DNA of 64,000 nucleotides from Patescibacteria group bacterium (GTDB lineage: Bacteria; Patescibacteriota; Minisyncoccia; 2-02-FULL-40-12; GWA2-44-9), in NCBI GenBank assembly GCA_038061995.1, contig JBBTYA010000004.1, positions 15,350-79,349 on the forward strand, given 5' to 3'. Below, in pieces: positions 9,050-16,631 of this stretch (its first letter is position 1; every line of letters starts with the position of its first letter). The notes below the pieces were generated by a model. That model made no database searches. It saw nothing but the letters and a program-made list of their open reading frames with translations, and was not told where the DNA came from. The translations under genes were made by a program, and so were the position numbers.

Positions 9050-9343
9050 GTGTGTTTAGTATTTTGCCACACCGAGAGGTGGGGGCATTTCAAGGGGTAC
9101 GAGACAATCGAAGAAGCGCTGAACTGAGTACTCTGTTATAGAGCCGTATTGGCGAGATAGAAGATTAATAACCAGATTACCAGCGCAATTAATCCATATA
9201 ACTTCCAATGTGAGTGAGTCGGTCTCTCGCCGCCTAAAAACCAAACTGGTATATGCGAAGCATTTGAAAACAATGCCCCTAAGATAAACAAGCTTATTAA
9301 TAGGTATTTCATAATTGGAGTCGGATATTTTGCATAATTATCT

Positions 9344-9895
9344 TTATCTTATCTGTATGCTGTGAATGAGACGAGCTAGGTCGCTTTTCTGTGCATCAAC
9401 TATATCTGACATAAAATATATCTCGTCATAGTACCGCTTAACTATTTTGTACATTTTGAGGTCGCAGGTTAATATTTTTGCCCCCAAGCCGATTCCTTCC
9501 GTAGCTATGCAAAAATCTATTGCAGTTAAACTTTTCATGTCCTTACGAGAATACCCCTCGTATCTCGCAAGAATTTCAGAAAAGTTAAGGGGGCGGCGCC
9601 CATACGCATGTAGTTTTCCGCCCAAAAGATCAAGAATCTTTTTACGGCATTTTTTTACAGATATCTTATTGACCCTAATCAGTTTAGACATTGTCTCCAA
9701 AGCAGCTAATACGGGGACGTGAAAAGATGGCTTATATGGCAATAGCGCGCCGAGTGAAGATTCTGCAGAAATATGGTGAGAGTCTTTTTCGTCGAGAACG
9801 GCTACGACCCAGGAAGTATCGGCCAGTATTATCACATTATTGCTGGTCTGCGCGGTGGCCTCACCGCTTTTTCCTTCTATCTTTTCATTATCCAT
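9344..9895 (-). CDS. PIN-domain nuclease (VapC-like) with N-terminal extension
   Basis: IILADTS..., AIDF..., TCD acidic-residue pattern of a PIN fold; AT-rich. Confidence 0.45.
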   Translation of the reverse strand: MDNEKIEGKSGEATAQTSNNVIILADTSWVVAVLDEKDSHHISAESSLGALLPYKPSFHVPVLAALETMSKLIRVNKISVKKCRKKILDLLGGKLHAYGRRPLNFSEILARYEGYSRKDMKSLTAIDFCIATEGIGLGAKILTCDLKMYKIVKRYYDEIYFMSDIVDAQKSDLARLIHSIQIR

Positions 9896-10005
9896 AAAAT
9901 TACTAAGGTCTCTTAAACTAGATTGCCCTACATATGTCCACCCAACTTATATCACCTTACGCCCTTCATTTTTCGCGCGCAAGACCGCATTCTGGGCCTC
10001 ATAAC

Positions 10006-10033
10006 ACAAAGCGCCCATATATGGGCGCTTTGT
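10006..10033. other. perfect 28-nt palindrome (ACAAAGCGCCCATA|TATGGGCGCTTTGT)
   Basis: Lies about 60 nt downstream of the tRNA-Gln 3' end; could be a terminator or a recombination site. Confidence 0.4.
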
Positions 10034-10093
10034 TACATAGATGTATGTACCCGTCGCTGCTGCTCTCGGGCACTGCGTTGCCTTCGCTCCTTG

Positions 10094-10164
10094 CTGCGGG
10101 GCCTGGACTCGAACCAAGATACCGTGCTTCAGAGGCACGTGTCCTACCATTAGACGACCCCGCA
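10094..10164 (-). tRNA. tRNA-Gln (anticodon CTG)
   Basis: Cloverleaf with U1:A72, 3-bp D-stem, anticodon loop CUCUGAA, T-loop TTCGAGT; no encoded CCA. Confidence 0.85.
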
Positions 10165-10257
10165 AGATTCAAACAGCCCCGAGTGTACACGAAAAAGGGG
10201 CATTTTTCAACGGTGTGCGTTTCTGGACGCCCTATATTCTGATACTATAGTGCGTAT

Positions 10258-10779
10258 ATGGATACGCTGATCATACTGAGCGCTGCACTCGCACTCGCTG
10301 CGGTTATTGAGTTTTACACACTCGCATTGCGGCTTTCGTTCCATCTCAAGTCAAAAGAAATTCAGAGAGAGGTGCTCCATGTCCCCCGCGTGCACCATTC
10401 CTATCCCGGCATTGCACTGCTGATCATTCACTACGCGTTCTATCCCTCATTGTGGCTTGCGGTGATTGGGTGGGCGCTCGTCCTTTCTGATCTATTCCAC
10501 CACACGGTGGCACTTCCGCTTATGAAAAAGCGTGGCTATGACATTGGCATGCGCCATCACAATCATGCCCACGTCTACTTCAAACACGGCCTTGCGGTCG
10601 TACTCATTGCAACTGGTCTCGTAGCATTCTTCACGCCATTCACGCCAGGATCGTGGCTTGTGTTCCCAGGCCTTGCGTTCATTATTGGAAAAAAGAATAC
10701 TCGTTCGCTACTACACCGTGTATTGGGCAAAAAGATCTCGGAAGATCCGCGCGTAGAGAATGCCCTGAAGAAGCTATAG
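10258..10779 (+). CDS. His-rich polytopic membrane protein, hypothetical
   Basis: 173 aa, 4-5 TM segments, several HH/HxH pairs. Confidence 0.45.
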   Translation: MDTLIILSAALALAAVIEFYTLALRLSFHLKSKEIQREVLHVPRVHHSYPGIALLIIHYAFYPSLWLAVIGWALVLSDLFHHTVALPLMKKRGYDIGMRHHNHAHVYFKHGLAVVLIATGLVAFFTPFTPGSWLVFPGLAFIIGKKNTRSLLHRVLGKKISEDPRVENALKKL

Positions 10780-11334
10780 CAACCGACGTTCGTATGCACG
10801 AGCAACGCGGATAAACCATGGATCAGAGCCCGGTTCAAAAGGGCACACGCGAATTGATTTCCATCCTGCTACATTAGCGCCGAGAATGTCCGTGAGTACT
10901 TGGTCCCCTATGTGTACGCATTGCTGAGGCGAAAGATTCCACCGTCGCTGCGCAACGCGAAAACCATCAGACGATGGTTTTCTTTTTCGTGCCTGGATCA
11001 CGGGAATATCGAGAGCAGCTCCTGCACGCACCACGCGCCGCCCGATAACATTAGAGAGCATGCACACATTGCCGCTAAATATGTGGGCCCATTTCGTGAG
11101 GAGGGGCACAACTGAAGCATCAACTGCACGAGAACCAAAGGCAGCAAGCGTTTGATCAAAATCAAAACTCACCCCGCGGATACCCGCCGCATACAACGCG
11201 TGCGGATCTATATCTATCACTGATGCGTGCGCTTCCCAAGGCCGCAACAAGCGCAACGCGCGCTCATTGAGCGCGCGAAAAGGATTGAGGTACGGAATGA
11301 GAACGGGATTCGTAAGAAGATCGATAGCCAACAT
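10774..11334 (-). CDS. HAD-superfamily phosphatase, YqeG-like
   Basis: DFDQTL (motif I) and GDQVLTDIL (motif IV). Confidence 0.6.
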   Translation of the reverse strand: MLAIDLLTNPVLIPYLNPFRALNERALRLLRPWEAHASVIDIDPHALYAAGIRGVSFDFDQTLAAFGSRAVDASVVPLLTKWAHIFSGNVCMLSNVIGRRVVRAGAALDIPVIQARKRKPSSDGFRVAQRRWNLSPQQCVHIGDQVLTDILGANVAGWKSIRVCPFEPGSDPWFIRVARAYERRLL

Positions 11335-11337
11335 TGG

Positions 11338-12249
11338 CTAAATGCGTAAGAAGCGACGAATAGCGATAGTGCTTGAAACGACCCCCAATAGCACGCCGAT
11401 CACCACCACGGTCAGCACCGTTTGTGGCGCATGAGTGATAAAGTATTTACTCAACTCCGCACCGGGGATTTTATCGGCCACATCGGCACTAATGAACGAA
11501 AGCGCCGGGTAAAAAACTGCGAGCGCAAGAAGCGACGCGAACAAGCCGTAGAGCACACCCTCAACCAAGAACGGTGCGCGGATGTGCCAGTTCGAACCAC
11601 CCACCAACCGCATGATCTCGATCTCTTGGTGCTGAGTATAAATAGTAAGGCGCACCGTGTTGAACGTCACCAGCACGGCGATAATAGAGAGAAGCAGCGT
11701 GGTTGCCATGCCCCAGCTCCGCAACCCCTTTGAGATGTTCTGCACGCGGGCGATCACCTGCTCATTCTCATAGAAGTTAATCTTTTCAATGAGAGCGCGG
11801 AAGCGCGTGCCTTCAAGATAGTTTGCAATGCCTGCATATTCCGAAGAGTCTTTCGCCTTAATGTTCACTGATGCTTGCAGTGGGTTGTCATCAAGCTCGG
11901 CGAGCGATTCCTGAATGAGCGCGTTGCCCGCGTGCCGTGCTTTAAAATCTTCAAATGCCTGATCGCGTGAGATGTATTCCACAAATGCCACGGCAGGAAG
12001 TGCCTCAATGTCTGTTTTGATCTTGAGAATGTCTTCCTCTGCGGTTGTTGTCTTAAAGTAGACACTCACGTCTACTTTATCTTCGATGCTCTGCGTAATT
12101 GAGTTCGCAACCACGTTCAAGGTCATGAGGCCCAAAAACACGAAGAGCACGAGTGCCATGACTCCCGTGGTGCCGAAGCTCACATAACTGTTGCGTTTAA
12201 AGTTTGTCCACCCTGAGCGCAAAATGCGCTTAAACATTTCTTGAGACAT
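11338..12249 (-). CDS. ftsX: cell-division ABC transporter permease FtsX
   Basis: 4-TM topology with a large first extracytoplasmic loop; immediately downstream of ftsE. Confidence 0.8.
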   Translation of the reverse strand: MSQEMFKRILRSGWTNFKRNSYVSFGTTGVMALVLFVFLGLMTLNVVANSITQSIEDKVDVSVYFKTTTAEEDILKIKTDIEALPAVAFVEYISRDQAFEDFKARHAGNALIQESLAELDDNPLQASVNIKAKDSSEYAGIANYLEGTRFRALIEKINFYENEQVIARVQNISKGLRSWGMATTLLLSIIAVLVTFNTVRLTIYTQHQEIEIMRLVGGSNWHIRAPFLVEGVLYGLFASLLALAVFYPALSFISADVADKIPGAELSKYFITHAPQTVLTVVVIGVLLGVVSSTIAIRRFLRI

Positions 12250-12254
12250 AGAAT

Positions 12255-12938
12255 TTAAATAACGTATTTACCACCGTCTTTCTGGTCGCGCACAATCTTT
12301 CCTTTTTCCATCGTGATCACGCGCTTCTCCAGCGAGTTTACCAAATCACGGTTGTGCGTCACCATAATGACCGTAGTGCCAAGTGAATGAATCTTCTTCA
12401 AAAGCTGTAACACATCGTGGCTGTTCACGAGATCCAAATTCCCCGTTGGCTCGTCTGCCAACATGATGCGAGGGCGGTGGATGAGCGCACGAGCGATAGC
12501 AAGGCGCTGTTTTTCTCCGCCAGACATCTGGTGTGGAAAGTTGGTCATCTTATCTGCAAGACCAACGATCGCTAACACTTTGGGTACGTCTTCGGCGATT
12601 TGGTCATCGCTTGCGCCCGTCATTTCAAGAGCGAACGCAACGTTCTCGTATGCGTTTTTGCTTGCAAGCAGTTTAAAGTCTTGAAAAACAGTGCCGATTT
12701 TACGGCGAAGCAACGGGATGTCAGCGCGGTGCACGTTTGCCAAAGAGACGCCGTCTACCAGCACTTCTCCTTCGCTTGGCTCAAGCTCTTTGATGAGCAG
12801 ACGGAGTAACGTAGACTTCCCCGCACCCGCTGGACCTACAATGGAAACAAAGTCTCCATCCTCAATGGTAAGGTCGATAGCACTTAATGCTATGAATCCA
12901 TCGTTATAGACTGATGAGACGTTCTTAAATTCAATCAC
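12255..12938 (-). CDS. ftsE: cell-division ATP-binding protein FtsE
   Basis: Walker A GPAGAGKST, signature LSGGEKQR, Walker B MLADEPTGNLD. Confidence 0.9.
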   Translation of the reverse strand: MIEFKNVSSVYNDGFIALSAIDLTIEDGDFVSIVGPAGAGKSTLLRLLIKELEPSEGEVLVDGVSLANVHRADIPLLRRKIGTVFQDFKLLASKNAYENVAFALEMTGASDDQIAEDVPKVLAIVGLADKMTNFPHQMSGGEKQRLAIARALIHRPRIMLADEPTGNLDLVNSHDVLQLLKKIHSLGTTVIMVTHNRDLVNSLEKRVITMEKGKIVRDQKDGGKYVI

Positions 12939-13666
12939 GGTGTTGCAAGAAAATCATCAAGATCACCTTCAAGCACACGTTCCGGCTGAGAAGATTTCTT
13001 CCCTGAACGGTGATCTTTGACCATCTGATACGGGTGAAGCACGTAGGAACGGATCTGGCTCCCCCATTCGATAGAACCCGCTTTCATTTCTGGCTTCAGG
13101 GCAGCGATGTCGCTGACCCGCTGTGCCTCCATGCGTTGCATGAGACGCGCCATGAGCATGCTCATGGCTTTTTCTTTGTTCTGGCTCTGCGAGCGCTCCG
13201 TCTGCACTGCCACAGCAATGCCACTGGGAATGTGCGTAATGCGCACCGCGGTTTCCACCTTGTTCACATTCTGCCCACCTTTGCCGCCAGAGCGGTAGGT
13301 GTCAACGCGCAAATCTTGTGCGTTCACGTGCAATGCTTGCGCAGTAAGCTCGGGAAGAATTTCCACGAGCGCGAACGACGTATGGCGCAATTTCTTTGCA
13401 GAGAACGGAGAGATGCGCACAAGGCGGTGCACGCCACTCTCGCCCTGTAGTATAGCATACACATTCGGACCATTCACCTCACAGGCGATACTTTTTACAC
13501 CACCCTGCTCACCACGCGACTCATCAAGTATGAGAAACTTCCACCCACGCTTCTGTGCGAGGCGATTATACATGCGTAACAGCATGCCTGCCCAATCTTG
13601 CGCATCAACCCCTCCCGCGCCTGCGTAGATGGAAAGGAGTGCTGTATTGGGATTATGCGGAAGCAT
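12935..13666 (-). CDS. prfB: peptide chain release factor 2 homologue lacking N-terminal domain 1
   Basis: SPF motif (RISPFSAKK), GGQ motif (SGGKGGQNVN), C-terminal GSQIRSYVL. The ORF begins at the position equivalent to E. coli RF2 residue about 115 and no upstream coding sequence exists (tRNA-Thr 4 nt upstream). Confidence 0.8.
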   Translation of the reverse strand: MLPHNPNTALLSIYAGAGGVDAQDWAGMLLRMYNRLAQKRGWKFLILDESRGEQGGVKSIACEVNGPNVYAILQGESGVHRLVRISPFSAKKLRHTSFALVEILPELTAQALHVNAQDLRVDTYRSGGKGGQNVNKVETAVRITHIPSGIAVAVQTERSQSQNKEKAMSMLMARLMQRMEAQRVSDIAALKPEMKAGSIEWGSQIRSYVLHPYQMVKDHRSGKKSSQPERVLEGDLDDFLATP

Positions 13667-13670
13667 GATC

Positions 13671-13745
13671 TGGAGCCGGAGGTGGGATTTGAACCCACGG
13701 CCTATCGCTTACGAAGCGATTGCTCTACCACTGAGCTACTCCGGC
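13671..13745 (-). tRNA. tRNA-Thr (anticodon CGT), CCA encoded
   Basis: GCCGGAGTAGCTCAGTGGTAGAGCAATCGCTTCGTAAGCGATAGGCCGTGGGTTCAAATCCCACCTCCGGCTCCA folds as a canonical cloverleaf. Confidence 0.9.
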
Positions 13746-13750
13746 AGATT

Positions 13751-14188
13751 CTATGTGCTGCGCACCTCTTGTGCGCGCTTACTAAGCGCCCTTACTCTAC
13801 CACTTCTCCCACGATTCAATCCAGCAAACGTCGGCGAGAGTGAATCGCAGTTAGGGCAAATGAGGCGCAGGTTATCCTCCTGGTTATTTCTCCAGTTCCC
13901 GTCAATATGATCCGCGACAAGAGGAATGAGCCCCGTTACTGGGTTCACGTGCGCCCATCCACAGAGACAACACTGATCGTGAAACTTCTCCCGAAGATAC
14001 CGTTTAATGTGGCGAGAGACAAGACCCAAAGACATAAGCCCCGTCTCTTCCCCACTTTTCCAGCGAGCTATATATGCCCTGTATTGAAAGTCCTGCTGGC
14101 ACGTATTGCTACAGTATTTGCCATCAATCTCTTTAACTTCCTGAGCACAGACTAAGCATTTTGCTCTTGGTTTTTTAGGATTAGGCAC
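13751..14188 (-). CDS. HNH endonuclease with N-terminal Cys-rich (zinc-finger-like) region
   Basis: DHIDGNWRNNQEDNLRLICPNCD HNH motif; CxxC pairs at the N-terminus. Confidence 0.6.
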   Translation of the reverse strand: MPNPKKPRAKCLVCAQEVKEIDGKYCSNTCQQDFQYRAYIARWKSGEETGLMSLGLVSRHIKRYLREKFHDQCCLCGWAHVNPVTGLIPLVADHIDGNWRNNQEDNLRLICPNCDSLSPTFAGLNRGRSGRVRALSKRAQEVRST

Positions 14189-14372
14189 CTATACATACTA
14201 TCGAAATCGGGAACCTCTGTAAATATCATGTAGTGGTTCTATATGGACAAATCTCGAGAGAAGATGTATAGTGTATCTCTAAGAACTTCTTTTTCTATCC
14301 CTCGCAGCGAGTAGGGAGAATATCTTCATATGCTTCTTTTGCATACGTATCCCACGTATCGAAGCGAGACAT

Positions 14373-15410
14373 ATGAACACATTACAAAAGACTGGCGTCA
14401 TTATCACCTCCCTCTTAGTGGCGCTTAGTAGCGCCGGATCCGCAACAGCTGCAATCTTCGTAAACCTGAATACCGCAACAAATTTTGCGATTATCGCAGG
14501 CTCTACTATCACCAATACGGGCTCTAGTATTGTGCAAGGCGATGTTGGCTTAAGCCCGGGCACCTCCATCACAGGGTTCCCGCCAGGCAACATCACGGGA
14601 ACACAGCATATTGCAGACGCAGCAGGAGCTCAGGCAAAGCTGGATCTTGTAACCGCATACAACGCTGCAGCTGGCCAGGCAGCTACCACCACGGCGACAG
14701 AGCTTGGCGGTACGATAAAAACTCCCGGAACATACACATCGGCTGGGGGTACTTTTGCCCTCACCGGAACACTTACCCTTGATGCGCAAGGCGACCCGAA
14801 CGCGGTCTTCATCTTTAAAACAAATACGACGCTCACCACAGCTGGCGCAAGCACCATTGTGCTCGCGAACAACGCACAGGCATGTAATGTCTTCTGGCAG
14901 ATTGGCAGCTCGGCGACTCTCGGTGCTAACTCTTCGTTCAAGGGCACCATCATGGCACTCACTTCAATCACTGCAACAACCGGCGCACAGATAGACGGGC
15001 GCGTACTCGCACGCAATGGTGCCGTAACCCTTGATATCAACGCGGTCTCGCGACCAGCATGCTTAGTGGCAACGCCTACTCCGACTCCTACAGCAACACC
15101 AACAGTAACCCCCACACCATCCGCAACGCCGACACCGACTATCACGCCATCACCCAGCGCTACGCCAACTCCAACAACAACACCATTACCCTCTATAACT
15201 CCAACGCCATCAGTGACTCCTTCCGCGACACCGACAGCAACTATCACACCAACTCCAAGCGCCACTCCCTCAATAACTCCAGTGCCACAACTTCCTAATA
15301 CGGGAACGCCTCCAGATGCACAGCGTGCACCAGCTGGTGTATTCGTTATGGCCGGACTTCTTGTGATCGCAATTGCATTCAGCGCAACACGCAGTGTGCG
15401 CGGATCATAA
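14373..15410 (+). CDS. LPXTG-anchored surface protein with DUF3494 (ice-binding-like) domain and Thr/Pro-rich stalk
   Basis: Signal peptide, and an N-terminal domain matching DUF3494 ([14 protein letters not shown]...[15 protein letters not shown]...[15 protein letters not shown]...ACNVFWQ...ARNGAVTLD). An (ATPTPT)n-type linker is followed by an LPNTG + hydrophobic + RSVRGS sorting signal. Confidence 0.75.
   Translation: MNTLQKTGVIITSLLVALSSAGSATAAIFVNLNTATNFAIIAGSTITNTGSSIVQGDVGLSPGTSITGFPPGNITGTQHIADAAGAQAKLDLVTAYNAAAGQAATTTATELGGTIKTPGTYTSAGGTFALTGTLTLDAQGDPNAVFIFKTNTTLTTAGASTIVLANNAQACNVFWQIGSSATLGANSSFKGTIMALTSITATTGAQIDGRVLARNGAVTLDINAVSRPACLVATPTPTPTATPTVTPTPSATPTPTITPSPSATPTPTTTPLPSITPTPSVTPSATPTATITPTPSATPSITPVPQLPNTGTPPDAQRAPAGVFVMAGLLVIAIAFSATRSVRGS
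15059..15298 (+). repeat. low-complexity ACNCCNAC(N) cryptic tandem repeats encoding the T/P/S-rich stalk
   Basis: Visible periodic ACTCC/ACGCC/ACACC units; generates spurious antisense ORFs. Confidence 0.6.
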
Positions 15411-16009
15411 TGGATATACTGCTCACGCGAGCGCTCATGATTGTTTCCGTAGCTGCAACACTCCTTTCGGGAATGCTGTTTTTAGACTACGTCGCCATCG
15501 CCTCATCACCAGAACGGCGAACGTACATAACTGTACTCCCAACGCCCCAAGAATACCCCATCAGCGTGGCATCGCCGTCACGGCTCGTCATCCCTCGCAT
15601 TCAAGTCGACGCCCTCATTGAACGCGTAGGCATCACCGCTCGTGGAGAAATGGATGTACCAAAGAGTCAAATCACGGTAGGGTGGCTCGAAACAGGGCCT
15701 CGCCCAGGAGAGACTGGTAGCGCGGTCATCGCAGGTCACTACGGACAAAATGGCGCAAAGACTTCCGTATTTGATTCACTTAGCATCCTACAGCCCAGAG
15801 ATACTATATACGTCATTGATGAGGATGGCATAACGACTACATTTATTGTGCGCGAGAAGAATACCTATAGCCCCGACGCGGATGCCTCTGCTGTTTTTTC
15901 TGCAGCTGATGACGGCACGCACCTCAACCTCGTCACCTGCGACGGCCCATGGAATGCGCAGTCCCAAGAATATCAAAGGCGCTTAGTTATTTTTGCTGAT
16001 AAACAATAA
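15410..16009 (+). CDS. sortase (transpeptidase)
   Basis: N-terminal TM anchor, AGH motif, LVTCDG (TLxTC catalytic Cys), downstream Arg; start overlaps the substrate gene stop (TAATG). Confidence 0.75.
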   Translation: MDILLTRALMIVSVAATLLSGMLFLDYVAIASSPERRTYITVLPTPQEYPISVASPSRLVIPRIQVDALIERVGITARGEMDVPKSQITVGWLETGPRPGETGSAVIAGHYGQNGAKTSVFDSLSILQPRDTIYVIDEDGITTTFIVREKNTYSPDADASAVFSAADDGTHLNLVTCDGPWNAQSQEYQRRLVIFADKQ

Positions 16010-16036
16010 AAACCGCCGAAGGGCGGTTTTTATTAT
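16010..16036 (+). terminator. rho-independent terminator (bidirectional position)
   Basis: AAAAACCGCCGAAGGGCGGTTTTTATTAT. Confidence 0.8.
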
Positions 16037-16039
16037 ATG

Positions 16040-16110
16040 AGCGGGATACGAGAATCGAACTCGTGTCTCCACCTTGGAAGGGTGGCGTACTACCATTATA
16101 CGAATCCCGC
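16040..16110 (-). tRNA. tRNA-Gly (anticodon TCC)
   Basis: GCGGGATTCGTATAATGGTAGTACGCCACCCTTCCAAGGTGGAGACACGAGTTCGATTCTCGTATCCCGCT forms a cloverleaf. Confidence 0.85.
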
Positions 16111-16111
16111 G

Positions 16112-16513
16112 CTAACGAAAGATATCATACAGCCAAGCGCGCAGATTGGCAAAAATACCGTCACCACCGCCAGCAGACGCGGATGCAGGGCGCTCCTCAT
16201 CCGCTAAGTGCACAAATACTACTTCCTCGCCTTCCGCTTGCACATTCAAGCGCAGTCGCGCTTGGCGCTCTAGAAATGCGGGGTCGTACGCACGCGATGC
16301 CCGAAGCGATAGCGTGTCGTTCTCCTCTTCCCCCTTCGCAATACGCTCTTCAAGTTCTCGCACTTGACGCTCTGCTTCACGCGCCTCTATATGCACGCGC
16401 GCGGCAGCCACAAAAAGCCACAAGGCTACGAGCCCTAGAGGAATAACTGCGAACGGTGATTGCACGATACGGCGCCACATATTGCGATTCCACTCTTCCA
16501 TGGTACAGTACAC
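16112..16513 (-). CDS. FtsB/DivIC-like septum formation initiator (TM + coiled coil)
   Basis: Single TM (VIPLGLVALWLFVAAA) followed by a heptad-rich helix; weak family assignment. Confidence 0.4.
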   Translation of the reverse strand: MYCTMEEWNRNMWRRIVQSPFAVIPLGLVALWLFVAAARVHIEAREAERQVRELEERIAKGEEENDTLSLRASRAYDPAFLERQARLRLNVQAEGEEVVFVHLADEERPASASAGGGDGIFANLRAWLYDIFR

Positions 16514-16631
16514 GTATTCCTATGATTCCTCAATCGTGGCTTCGCCCTATTTCCGTAGTCGTAGCAGTCCTCCTCACCATCAGCATGGTGATTTTCCTCA
16601 TTCTTCCGCTCTGGTACTAATCGTATAGGTA

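Noticed and set aside
10041-10250. ORFs overlapping the tRNA-Gln locus (10041-10250 plus strand, 9947-10165 and 9999-10190 minus strand)
   Set aside because: They overlap a canonical tRNA cloverleaf. Spurious.
13495-13698. 67-aa minus-strand ORF spanning the prfB start and tRNA-Thr
   Set aside because: It overlaps the tRNA and has no RF2-like sequence. It does not supply the missing RF2 domain 1.
14630-15265. 211-aa antisense ORF full of GVGV repeats, plus several other ORFs over 15059-15298
   Set aside because: These are artefacts of the low-complexity Thr/Pro-coding repeat on the sense strand of the LPXTG protein gene.
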